DNA from: Candidatus Omnitrophota bacterium
GTDB lineage: Bacteria > Omnitrophota > Gorgyraeia > Duberdicusellales > 4484-171
Direction of reading: 5' to 3'
Assembly: GCA_003565945.1 (NCBI GenBank)
Contig: PXAH01000133.1
Location: forward strand, 1-53,795
DNA length: 53,795 nt
Numbering within the stretch: position 1 is the stretch's first letter; each line of letters starts with the position of its first letter. The notes below the pieces were generated by a model that searched no databases, was not told the origin of the DNA, and saw only the letters and a list, made by a program, of their open reading frames with translations. This document shows positions 18,811-26,848 of the stretch, one piece after another. The position numbers and the translations under genes were made by a program.

Positions 18811-19254
18811 TTAGCTGCTTACAACCCAAAGGCGGAAAGCAACATCTGTATTTTCAGAAAGCTTAACTAACACCTTATATGCTCCCAATCTATCTATTGG
18901 TTTCTCTAAGGTTAAACTCTCCTTGGGCAATTCTATACCTTCTTGCTGAAGCAACTTTAAAATCTGCGCCTCTTTTACGCTGCCATAAAGGCTTTCGTCT
19001 TCTTTTGCCTCAGCGGTAATCGTCAAGGACAAACTTGCTATCTTTTCTTTTAGCTTGAGCAAGCCTTCCTTTTCTTTTTCTTCTTTCTTTTTTCGGCCTT
19101 TTTTTATTTCCTCAATTTTCTTTAAATTTGCCTGATTTGCCGGCAAAGCTATCTTATTCGGAAGAAGATAATTACGCCCAAAACCATCTTTTACTTCAAC
19201 TACATCACCCTCTTTGCCTAATTTTTCTACGCTTTTGAGAAGAATAATTTTCAT
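18811..19254 (-). CDS. rplI: 50S ribosomal protein L9
   Basis: MKIILLKSVEKLGKEGDVVEVKDGFGRNYLLP is the canonical L9 N-terminus. Confidence 0.95.
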   Translation of the reverse strand: MKIILLKSVEKLGKEGDVVEVKDGFGRNYLLPNKIALPANQANLKKIEEIKKGRKKKEEKEKEGLLKLKEKIASLSLTITAEAKEDESLYGSVKEAQILKLLQQEGIELPKESLTLEKPIDRLGAYKVLVKLSENTDVAFRLWVVSS

Positions 19255-19355
19255 GAAACACTCCTTATCTATTGGAAGATAATTTTATAGCAGGCTTACA
19301 GATATCCTTCAGTTTCGCCTCAGAATGAGGAGCCAAGAATATGGAAACTAGACCC

Positions 19356-19601
19356 TCACTTAACCACATAGGGCACTAAATTCAAAAATCTAGCTCTCTG
19401 CGCTTCTTGAGTGAGTTTTCGCTGATGCTTAGCGCAAACCCCCGTTATGCGGCGTGATTTTATTTTGCCTCTGTTGGTGAGATGTTTTTTGATTATATCT
19501 AAATCCTTATAATCAATCTCTATCTCTTTTTTGCAAAATAAACAATTTTTCCTAAACCTAACAACTTTTTGCCTGATTTTTTTCTTATTTTTTTTTGCCA
19601 T
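19356..19601 (-). CDS. rpsR: 30S ribosomal protein S18
   Basis: 81 aa. CLFCKK...IDYKD...LKKHLTNRGKI..RRITGVCAKHQRKL is the S18 signature. Confidence 0.95.
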   Translation of the reverse strand: MAKKNKKKIRQKVVRFRKNCLFCKKEIEIDYKDLDIIKKHLTNRGKIKSRRITGVCAKHQRKLTQEAQRARFLNLVPYVVK

Positions 19602-19602
19602 T

Positions 19603-20028
19603 TTATATTACTTCTCCTAAGTTACTATCTTCATCTTCAAGATTAATCAATTGTTCTTGCTCTTTTCCTCCGGTAGGGGCGGGGCTATCGGCCTGTCCCC
19701 TTCTTGGCATAAACTGAATATTGTTGGCAACCACCTCGATAGTAGTCCTTTTTTGTCCCTGCTGGTTTTCCCAACTGCGAGATTGCAGCCTTCCTTCAAT
19801 CAAAACCGGGCTTCCCTTTTGAAGGTACTGATTTGAAGTTTCTGCTAACTGGCTCCAGGCAACAACATTAATAAAACAGGTGTCCTGTTGATTTTGCCCA
19901 TCTTTACCCTTGTAGAACCTATTTACCGCAAGGCCTAAAGTCACCACAGGAGTTCCTCCCGGAGTATAACGCAATTCAGGATCACGAGTTAAATTACCAA
20001 GTAAAAAAACTTTATTTAAACTTGCCAT
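19603..20028 (-). CDS. ssb: Single-stranded DNA-binding protein
   Basis: MASLNKVFLLGNLTRDPELRYTPGG is an OB-fold N-terminus, with an acidic C-terminal tail. The start is set at the ATG at 20028, preceded by AAAGGAGGG; the track start at 20055 is GTG. Confidence 0.93.
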   Translation of the reverse strand: MASLNKVFLLGNLTRDPELRYTPGGTPVVTLGLAVNRFYKGKDGQNQQDTCFINVVAWSQLAETSNQYLQKGSPVLIEGRLQSRSWENQQGQKRTTIEVVANNIQFMPRRGQADSPAPTGGKEQEQLINLEDEDSNLGEVI

Positions 20029-20053
20029 GCATAGCCCTCCTTTCAATGAGCCC

Positions 20054-20152
20054 ACGATTTAGATGACCAACAGGAACGTAAATCGTAAGGCGAATTAACC
20101 CAGCACCTATTTTGTTCACTTATCCTCATCAAAATAGGTGCTGGGTTAATTC
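20054..20152. repeat. Modular palindromic intergenic element, copy c (P3 20054-20086, P2 20092-20152)
   Basis: P2 is a perfect 23-bp stem, GAATTAACCCAGCACCTATTTTG / CAAAATAGGTGCTGGGTTAATTC, with a 15-nt loop. P3 arms are ACGATTTA / TAAATCGT. Confidence 0.8.
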
Positions 20153-20162
20153 AAACAGTGAT

Positions 20163-20507
20163 TCATGTTTCCGCCTGAGAAACCTTTACTTTAGATTTTT
20201 TTTTACTTAAGATAAGGCTTCTTAAAATTCTTTCTTCAAGCCTGATTGTTTCTTTTAGCTCAGCCAGCTTTTCTTTTGGTAAAATAAAATCAATAAGCCA
20301 ATAAGCTCCCTGATAATACTTTTTCCTCTCAGCACCCTTACTTTTTAAAAAATAATGAAAATCTCTTACTTTTGACCATAGGAGGGATTTTATTACCTGC
20401 CCTCCTACTTCTTTAATTTTTTTTGTAATTTCACCGGCTGTCTCTTCTTTTTCTGAATCTGATATATCCGGCTTTAAAATAAGCATGCATTCATAAGTAC
20501 TCTCCAT
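20163..20507 (-). CDS. rpsF: 30S ribosomal protein S6
   Basis: YECMLILKPD N-terminus. First gene of the rpsF-ssb-rpsR-rplI block. Confidence 0.93.
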   Translation of the reverse strand: MESTYECMLILKPDISDSEKEETAGEITKKIKEVGGQVIKSLLWSKVRDFHYFLKSKGAERKKYYQGAYWLIDFILPKEKLAELKETIRLEERILRSLILSKKKSKVKVSQAET

Positions 20508-20549
20508 TAATAACCCCCTGAGAATTAATTTTTATTTTAAGCAATGGCC

Positions 20550-21107
20550 TTACAACTCTACTTTTATTGTTTTTTCTTTTTTCTCCTTAAACCACTCCAG
20601 CGACGCGATAGCTGCCCTGCTGATAACCATATCCAACTTTTCTTTTTCAGCCTGGGAAAAATCAGACAAAACATAATCAGCTAAATCACCCTGTCTAAAC
20701 CTGCCTATTCCGATTCTTAAACGGCTAATATCTTTTCTTCCCAGCACTTCAAGAACTGAGGCTATTCCTTTATGCCCGGCTGATGATCCACTTTTCCGCA
20801 ATCTCATCAAGCCTAAATCAAGGTCAGCATCATCGTAAACAACTAACAAGTTTTGCGGAGAAACTTTATACCTAGCTAAAATCCTGGCAACACTAATGCC
20901 GGAATTATTCATAAAAGAAACTGGTTTAGCCAGCAAAAAAACGTGAGATTCTGAATTAAATTCTCCCAACCAAGCTTTCTGGCTTAATGACCTCTTTAAG
21001 CGTAATCTATTCTCAGCCGCCAGCTTATCAATGACCCTAAATCCTATATTGTGTCTGTTTTCTAAATACTTCTTGCCCGGATTGCCTAGACCAACTATTG
21101 CTTTCAA
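20550..21107 (-). CDS. pth: Peptidyl-tRNA hydrolase
   Basis: IVGLGNPGKKYLENRHNIGF and SSAGHKG motifs. Confidence 0.95.
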   Translation of the reverse strand: MKAIVGLGNPGKKYLENRHNIGFRVIDKLAAENRLRLKRSLSQKAWLGEFNSESHVFLLAKPVSFMNNSGISVARILARYKVSPQNLLVVYDDADLDLGLMRLRKSGSSAGHKGIASVLEVLGRKDISRLRIGIGRFRQGDLADYVLSDFSQAEKEKLDMVISRAAIASLEWFKEKKEKTIKVEL

Positions 21108-21110
21108 GGA

Positions 21111-21818
21111 TTAATTCTTCTCTTTTTCTTCCGCTTCTTTTTTCGGCTCTTTTTCTTTACCTTCTTCCTCGCTTTCGCCTTCCGCTTTCTTCTCCTTTAT
21201 TACTTCAGGCTCAGCAGAAACTTCTTCTTCAGCAGCTTCTTCCTCATCCTCTTCTTCCTTTTTAACCACAAGAGCCGCTACCGTAGCTTCCGGGTCGGTT
21301 ACTATCGCTATGTCGCCGGGAGTCTGTAAATCTTTTACATGAAGAGAGTGCCCAATTTCTAACCCTGATATATCAACATCTATTTTTTCTGGAATCTTCA
21401 GCGGCAATCCTTCTACCTCGATTTCCCGCAAAATTTGTTCTAAGACCGCTCCCTCTTCTTTACCTTTAGCTTCACCTTTAAGAATTACAGGAATATGAAC
21501 TTTAATTTTTTCTTTTAATGACACCTTAAGCAAATCAAGGTGTATGACCTCATCAGTCAAAGGATGAAACTGAACGTCTTTTACCAAAACCGGAATGGCC
21601 TCTGATTCCTTTTGAGAACCAATCGTCATGTTAATGACCGCACTTTCTGAAAAATGTATTTTTTTCAAAACCTTAAAGGCATCCGAAGGAACGCTTATCG
21701 GAATATTCATCTTTTTACTGTAGACCACAGCGGGAATAAAACCTTCCCCTCTTAGCTTCTTAGCCTTTTGTTTGCCTATACCGGCGCGCTTTTCCACTTT
21801 TATTTTTAGTTTATCCAT
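21111..21818 (-). CDS. ctc: 50S ribosomal protein L25 / general stress protein Ctc (long form with an acidic tail)
   Basis: RGEGFIPAVVY motif and a two-domain Ctc architecture, with an E/K-rich C-terminal extension. It lies between prs and pth. Confidence 0.9.
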   Translation of the reverse strand: MDKLKIKVEKRAGIGKQKAKKLRGEGFIPAVVYSKKMNIPISVPSDAFKVLKKIHFSESAVINMTIGSQKESEAIPVLVKDVQFHPLTDEVIHLDLLKVSLKEKIKVHIPVILKGEAKGKEEGAVLEQILREIEVEGLPLKIPEKIDVDISGLEIGHSLHVKDLQTPGDIAIVTDPEATVAALVVKKEEEDEEEAAEEEVSAEPEVIKEKKAEGESEEEGKEKEPKKEAEEKEKN

Positions 21819-21844
21819 AAATACTAGCCTCCTTTAATGAGCAG

Positions 21845-22012
21845 ATGATTTACGGGGTCCGTAGGACGATGTAAATCATAGCTCGCCGCTTTTACCTCTG
21901 ATGCGTCTGCGAATTAACCCCCACACCAATTAAGTAAATAACGTAATCGCTACAATTGGTGTGGGGGTTAAATTCAGCTAAATTCCTGATAAGCAATATA
22001 TTGCTTATCAGG
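21845..22012. repeat. Modular palindromic intergenic element, copy d (P3 21845-21879, P2 21911-21975, P1-like 21985-22012)
   Basis: Three hairpins: ATGATTTAC/GTAAATCAT; GAATTAACCCCCACACCAATT/AATTGGTGTGGGGGTTAAATTC; and CCTGATAAGCAATATATTGCTTATCAGG. The last shares its central GCAATATATTGC with P1 of copy b. Confidence 0.8.
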
Positions 22013-22024
22013 AGTAAGCTTCAT

Positions 22025-22972
22025 TTAACCTCCTACCGCGTCGAAAAGAACACTTATTGATTTTTCAAAATGAATTCTTTTTATAGCCTCGGCAAAAAGA
22101 CTATCTACCGATACAACCTTAATCTTTTTGCTTTTCTTTTCTTTAGCTAAGGGTATTGAGTCGGTAATAACCAAAGAATTGATATCTGAATCTTCAATTT
22201 TATCTACCGCGTTATTAGATAATATCCCATGGGTTATGGCGGCAAAAATATTTTTAGCTCCTTGCCGCTTGAGAGCTGCTGCGCCTCTTACCAAAGAAGA
22301 CCCAGTAGCAACTATATCATCAACCAATAAAACATTTTTATCTTTAACATTTCCTAAAATATGCATTACCTCCGTAGATTCGGGAGATTTTCTTCTTTTA
22401 TCTACGATAGCTAAATCAGCACCAAAACGCTTAGCGTAAGCTCTGGCCATCTTAATCCCTCCTACATCGGGAGAAACAATCGCTAAATCTTTAATCTTCT
22501 TTTTATTGAAGTATTCAAAAAAAACATTTATCGCGTACAAATGATCCAAAGGTATGTCAAAAAACCCCTGAATTTGCCCGGCATGTAAATCTAAAGTTAA
22601 AACTCTATTGGCTCCCGAACTAGCTAAAATATTAGCTACCAATTTTGCGGTTATCGGCACTCGCGGCTTATCTTTCCGGTCCTGGCGGGCATAACCATAA
22701 TAAGGAATAACCGCGGTTATTCTTTGAGCTGAAGCCCGGCGCAAAGCATCAAGCATAATTAACAGCTCAACAAGATTCTCGTTGACCGGCGGCGAAGTTG
22801 GCTGAATTAAAAATATATCTTTACCTCTTACATTTTCTTTGATCCGGACCATTGTCTCACCGTCACTAAAACGTTCTATCTCAGCTTTCCCAAGCTTTAC
22901 TTTTAGCTTTGCACATATTCTATTAGCTAATTGGCGATTGCCATTACCGCTAAAAACTAACATCTTATCCAT
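22025..22972 (-). CDS. prs: Ribose-phosphate pyrophosphokinase
   Basis: 315 aa. FSDGE, GYARQDRK and the PRPP-binding loop VLLVDDIVATGSS. Confidence 0.97.
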   Translation of the reverse strand: MDKMLVFSGNGNRQLANRICAKLKVKLGKAEIERFSDGETMVRIKENVRGKDIFLIQPTSPPVNENLVELLIMLDALRRASAQRITAVIPYYGYARQDRKDKPRVPITAKLVANILASSGANRVLTLDLHAGQIQGFFDIPLDHLYAINVFFEYFNKKKIKDLAIVSPDVGGIKMARAYAKRFGADLAIVDKRRKSPESTEVMHILGNVKDKNVLLVDDIVATGSSLVRGAAALKRQGAKNIFAAITHGILSNNAVDKIEDSDINSLVITDSIPLAKEKKSKKIKVVSVDSLFAEAIKRIHFEKSISVLFDAVGG

Positions 22973-24264
22973 TATTTTTTCTCCTTGATCTTTAATGGAC
23001 GGGCCGGAACTCCAACTACTACCTGATTCTTTTTTACGTTTTTGGTAACAACGCTGCCGGCACCGGTGACAGATCCTTCACCCACCATAACCGGAGCTAC
23101 CAAGACAGTGTCAGAGCCAATCAAAGCATTTTTTTGAATGTAGGTTTTATGTTTAACTTTACCGTCGTAGTTAGCCACAACCGTTCCAGCTCCAATATTA
23201 ACATTATCCCCTACCACCGCGTCTCCAATATAGCCAAAATGCTTAGCTTTTGAACCCTTACCTATTTGGGAACGGTTGATTTCCGAAAAACTTCCTACTT
23301 GCGCGCCTTTCTCTATACGACTGCCACCGCGCAAATAGGCAAAAGGCCCCACTGAACAATTGCTGCCAATTATAACATTTTTCGCTATGAAGGTAAAGGG
23401 GTAAATTATAGTGTTTTTCCCTATTTTTACTGACTCCTGGATTATGGTTGTAGCCGGATTAATTATGTGTACCCCTTTTTCCAGCATTTTTTCGATAATC
23501 CTTGCTCTAATTACTTTTTCGGCAAATTGCAGCTCAAAGGGGTCATTTATTCCGGCAACCTCTGAAAAATCTCTAGCCAAATAAGAGCTTAAATTTTTGC
23601 CTTGCTGGTAAAGAATTTGAATTATATCGGTAAGAAAATATTCTTTCTTTTTTCTATTTTTCTTTATTTTACTTAAATTCTCAAGTAAAGCTTTTCGGCG
23701 AAAATAATAAGTTCCACTATTAACCTTGTTGACGCCCTTTCCTTGATAGTTATTTATTCCAGAAATTTTCTCCTCAATAGCCATTGGTTTGCCAAGTTTA
23801 TCATAAACCACAGATCCCAATTTATTTTCTTTCTCCGGCCAAGAAACCAAAAGGCAACAATCTAAATTATTTTTTCTGGAGAAAGATAGTAAAGAAGAAA
23901 AAGTTTTTGATTTTATAAGAGGGTTATCGCCGCAGGCAACCAACACCTCATTAAATTTAATTTTTCCGGATGCTGCCCGCACGGCATCAGCTGTGCCAAG
24001 CATTTTCTGCTGGCGGACAAATTGAATTTTTCCGGTTAAGCCTTTAAATTGAGAAAAGCAAATATTTTTAACGGCATCCTCAACTAACTGTCCCTTGTAG
24101 CCTACAACCACTATAACCTGATGCACATTTCGCAGCCGTGAAAGTTCCTTCAGAAGATAATAGATAAAAGGCTGGCCGCAAACTTCCCGTAAAACTTTAG
24201 GGAAGTCGCTTTTCATTCTTTTACCTTTACCTGCGGCTAGGATAATCGCACTTACTTTACGCAT
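22972..24264 (-). CDS. glmU: Bifunctional GlcNAc-1-P uridyltransferase / GlcN-1-P acetyltransferase
   Basis: AIILAAGKGKRMKS nucleotidyltransferase N-terminus and a C-terminal hexapeptide-repeat domain. It lies upstream of prs. Confidence 0.88.
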   Translation of the reverse strand: MRKVSAIILAAGKGKRMKSDFPKVLREVCGQPFIYYLLKELSRLRNVHQVIVVVGYKGQLVEDAVKNICFSQFKGLTGKIQFVRQQKMLGTADAVRAASGKIKFNEVLVACGDNPLIKSKTFSSLLSFSRKNNLDCCLLVSWPEKENKLGSVVYDKLGKPMAIEEKISGINNYQGKGVNKVNSGTYYFRRKALLENLSKIKKNRKKKEYFLTDIIQILYQQGKNLSSYLARDFSEVAGINDPFELQFAEKVIRARIIEKMLEKGVHIINPATTIIQESVKIGKNTIIYPFTFIAKNVIIGSNCSVGPFAYLRGGSRIEKGAQVGSFSEINRSQIGKGSKAKHFGYIGDAVVGDNVNIGAGTVVANYDGKVKHKTYIQKNALIGSDTVLVAPVMVGEGSVTGAGSVVTKNVKKNQVVVGVPARPLKIKEKK

Positions 24265-24273
24265 TATTGATTG

Positions 24274-24360
24274 GTTGCCCGGCCTGGGCTCGAACCAGGC
24301 AAGTTTGCTCCGGCTAACCTAAACTTTAATTACAAACTTCCCTGGGTCTTGTAGCCGGCA
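24274..24360 (-). pseudogene. tRNA-like remnant: exact 26-nt copy of the tRNA-Gln 3' half fused to unrelated sequence
   Basis: 24274-24299 (GTTGCCCGGCCTGGGCTCGAACCAGG) is identical to 24373-24398. The upstream 60 nt give no D or anticodon arm, and the acceptor would have two mismatches. Confidence 0.5.
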
Positions 24361-24373
24361 TTTTTTTAAAGAG

Positions 24374-24444
24374 TTGCCCGGCCTGGGCTCGAACCAGGAA
24401 ACTCAGCTCCAAAAGCTGATGTGTTACCATTACACTACCGGGCA
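24374..24444 (-). tRNA. tRNA-Gln (anticodon TTG)
   Basis: Folded by hand into a 71-nt cloverleaf: acceptor TGCCCGG/CCGGGCA, D arm GTGT-AATGGTA-ACAC, anticodon arm TCAGC-TTTTGGA-GCTGA, T arm CCTGG-TTCGAGC-CCAGG. Confidence 0.92.
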
Positions 24445-24450
24445 ATTGGT

Positions 24451-24520
24451 TCTTGGCTCATAGTTCATAGCTCTTGGTAAAGAAAAAAATAAACTAAGAG
24501 CTAACAGCCATGAGCCAAGA
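24451..24520. repeat. Nested imperfect hairpin between spoVG and tRNA-Gln
   Basis: Outer arms are TCTTGGCTCAT (24451-24461) and ATGAGCCAAGA (24510-24520). Inner arms are TAGCTCTTGG (24468-24477) and CTAAGAGCTA (24494-24503), identical to those at 1682-1723. Confidence 0.6.
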
Positions 24521-24556
24521 GCTATGCTTCAATTAGCTCTCGACTAATATTTAATC

Positions 24557-24997
24557 TTACTGCTGGCCTATATCTTTTTGCGGCTGGCTTTCGCCCTGCT
24601 CCTGAACTGCTTCATTATTTTCTTCCTCAGGGGAAGAATTCTTTTTATCTTGGTAAGCATCCAAAATTTTACTTTGCAAATAATCCCTAAACTCCTGGTT
24701 AATCGGATGGGCCAAGTCTTGATGGATAGACTGCCTGTCCTCGGAAGGATCTTTAGGAGGAGGCATTTGAGCGCCACAGTTAGAACAGTATCGGCTATCT
24801 ACCTCAACTTTCTTACCGCAACGGGGGCAGAACTGTTTCATTTTACGTGCCGGCATTGCTACAAATAAATCATTATTTCCCTGAATTATTTTGATGTTTC
24901 TAACGACAAACGAATTATCAAAAGTAACTGTAGCATAAGCTTTAAGACGCTTGCCTTCATGCTCTCTGAGGGAAACTCTTACTTCTGTAATCTCCAT
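24557..24997 (-). CDS. spoVG: SpoVG-family protein with an inserted zinc ribbon and an acidic C-terminal tail
   Basis: MEITEVRVSLRE...AYATVTFDNSFVVRNIKIIQGNNDLFVAMP and AHPIN are SpoVG signatures. CPRCGKKVEVDSRYCSNCG lies between them. The start is set at the ATG at 24997, preceded by TAGGAGG; the track start is GTG. Confidence 0.88.
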   Translation of the reverse strand: MEITEVRVSLREHEGKRLKAYATVTFDNSFVVRNIKIIQGNNDLFVAMPARKMKQFCPRCGKKVEVDSRYCSNCGAQMPPPKDPSEDRQSIHQDLAHPINQEFRDYLQSKILDAYQDKKNSSPEEENNEAVQEQGESQPQKDIGQQ

Positions 24998-25050
24998 TGA
25001 ACTACCTCCTAGTAGGTAAGCTTTGGCCGACACACCAAAACTGTTTCGAA

Positions 25051-25941
25051 TTAAAAGGTTTGGGCCCTACGCACAAACCAACCCTTTGGCACAACCTTTT
25101 TTACCCTTTGACAATCTTTTATGCCTATAGTATAAAAAGCGCTGCCGCTGCCCGACATAAAAGTATCAATGCCTTCGCGGTTAAGCCGCTTTTTAGCCCG
25201 GGCTAATTTTTCAGAAAGAGCAAAAGCACTTTTCTCCAGACAATTATAAGTACTTTTTTTCAAGAGCAAATAATCTGAATAGATCAGAGAATACTTCAAC
25301 ATATTAACACTACTGAAAAAACTTGTCAATTTTGCTTTGGTATTTTTGTATACATCAGAAGTCGAAAGAAAAATTCCCGGCCAAATTATAAAGTGCTTTA
25401 GCCTGGATGAAATAAATAAAGGTTCAATTTTTTCTCCCCGGCCGGACAAAAAAGCGTAACTGCTGCCGGATAAGAAAAAATTAACATCACTGCCTAACTG
25501 CTTACCTACATTATATAGCCTTTCTCTAGAAACATCCAAAGAAAATAATTCTTTTATGCCAATAATAACTGAGGCAGCATTTGATGATCCTCCGCCCAGG
25601 CCCGCACCAACAGGAATATTTTTTTCTAGATTAATACTAAATCCAAAAGGAAGGCTAAACTCCTTCCGCATCAAAGCAGCTGCTCTGTAAGCTAAATTCT
25701 CCTTTGATTCTAAATACCTATAGTTGCAGGTAATGTTTAGGTCAGAACCGGCAGAAACTTTCAAGAAAATCTTGTCAAACAAAGATATCCTTTCGGCCAG
25801 GCTTTCAATGCAGTGGTAATTTTTAGAATATTTACCAATTATATTGAGGTATAAATTGATTTTGGCGGGACTTAACAGTTTTATTTCACTGCCGTAAAAC
25901 TCTTTTCGCTTTTTCTGCGATATTATCAGCTGTGAGCCCAT
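25051..25941 (-). CDS. ispE: 4-diphosphocytidyl-2-C-methyl-D-erythritol kinase
   Basis: SPAKINLYLNIIGK and the GHMP kinase loop PVGAGLGGGSSNAA. The only canonical start, at 25941, overlaps the upstream gene by 56 nt. Confidence 0.88.
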   Translation of the reverse strand: MGSQLIISQKKRKEFYGSEIKLLSPAKINLYLNIIGKYSKNYHCIESLAERISLFDKIFLKVSAGSDLNITCNYRYLESKENLAYRAAALMRKEFSLPFGFSINLEKNIPVGAGLGGGSSNAASVIIGIKELFSLDVSRERLYNVGKQLGSDVNFFLSGSSYAFLSGRGEKIEPLFISSRLKHFIIWPGIFLSTSDVYKNTKAKLTSFFSSVNMLKYSLIYSDYLLLKKSTYNCLEKSAFALSEKLARAKKRLNREGIDTFMSGSGSAFYTIGIKDCQRVKKVVPKGWFVRRAQTF

Positions 25942-26848
25942 AGTGTTTTAATAGCTCTTCAGGAGACCCAGACTGTCCAAAAATGTTGCTAATACCAACC
26001 CTTTCTACTCTTATAGGAAATTTATTAATCAATATTTCGGCTACCGTTGAATAAAGGCCTCCGGTAACCTGATGTTCTTCACAAACTATAATTTTCTTAT
26101 GCTGTTTTGCAATATCTAAAATTAACTTCTCATCAAATGGTTTAATTGTATGCATATTCACTACCGTAGCCGATATACCTTGTTTCTTTAAAATATCAGC
26201 GGCGCACAAAGACTTCTTTACCATTATCCCACAAGCAACAATAGCAATATCTTTGCCTTCCCTTAAAGTATAACCTTTACCCAGACAAAATTTTTTCTTT
26301 TTCTTTAAAGTCTCCACCTTAGCACGGCCAAGCCGGATATAAAAAGGTCCAGGCGTTTTGTAAGCAGTAAATATTGCCTCTTTAGCTTCGGGAGCATCAA
26401 CAGGAACAACTATTTTTATATTTGGAATTGCCCGAAAAAAATTAATATCCTCTAAAGCCTGATGGGAAGAACCGTCTTCGCCGACAGTTAAGCCTCCGTG
26501 AGAAGCAACAATTTTAACGTTTAAATTGTTATAGCAAATAGTATTTCTTACCTGATCCACCGCCCTTGCTGTAGCAAACATAGCAAAAGTAGAAGCAAAA
26601 ACAATTTTACCGCACTGAGCAAGGCCAGCGGCAGAGGCCATCATATTTTGCTCGGCAACTCCAAAATTAAAAAACCGGTCAGGAAATTCTTTCCCGAAAA
26701 GAGCTGTGCGGGTCGAACCGGAAAGATCCGCGTCTAAAACTACTACATCCGGATCTTTTTTGCCTAGTTCAATTAAAGCCTTACCGTATAGATCGCGCGC
26801 GTAAAGCATCTCTGATTCGTTTTTACAATTTGCTTTCATCTTCTTCAA
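25886..26848 (-). CDS. Transketolase, C-terminal subunit (pyrimidine-binding and C-terminal domains)
   Basis: RDLYGKALIELG..DPDVVVLDADL..ST and FNFGVAEQNM motifs. The true start could be the ATG at 26839 or 26809; the track start is TTG. Confidence 0.9.
   Translation of the reverse strand: MKKMKANCKNESEMLYARDLYGKALIELGKKDPDVVVLDADLSGSTRTALFGKEFPDRFFNFGVAEQNMMASAAGLAQCGKIVFASTFAMFATARAVDQVRNTICYNNLNVKIVASHGGLTVGEDGSSHQALEDINFFRAIPNIKIVVPVDAPEAKEAIFTAYKTPGPFYIRLGRAKVETLKKKKKFCLGKGYTLREGKDIAIVACGIMVKKSLCAADILKKQGISATVVNMHTIKPFDEKLILDIAKQHKKIIVCEEHQVTGGLYSTVAEILINKFPIRVERVGISNIFGQSGSPEELLKHYGLTADNIAEKAKRVLRQ

Noticed and set aside
24274-24360. A possible functional long-variable-arm tRNA or tRNA-Sec upstream of glmU.
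   Set aside because: Hand folding gives two acceptor mismatches and no anticodon stem. There is no TCA or other sensible anticodon in a 7-nt loop. Only the T arm and 3' acceptor are intact because they copy tRNA-Gln.
24568-24868. Two alternative ORFs overlapping spoVG: 24568-24777 on the minus strand and 24578-24868 on the plus strand.
   Set aside because: The SpoVG frame carries the conserved N-terminal and AHPIN motifs and the zinc ribbon. The other frames have no motifs or RBS.
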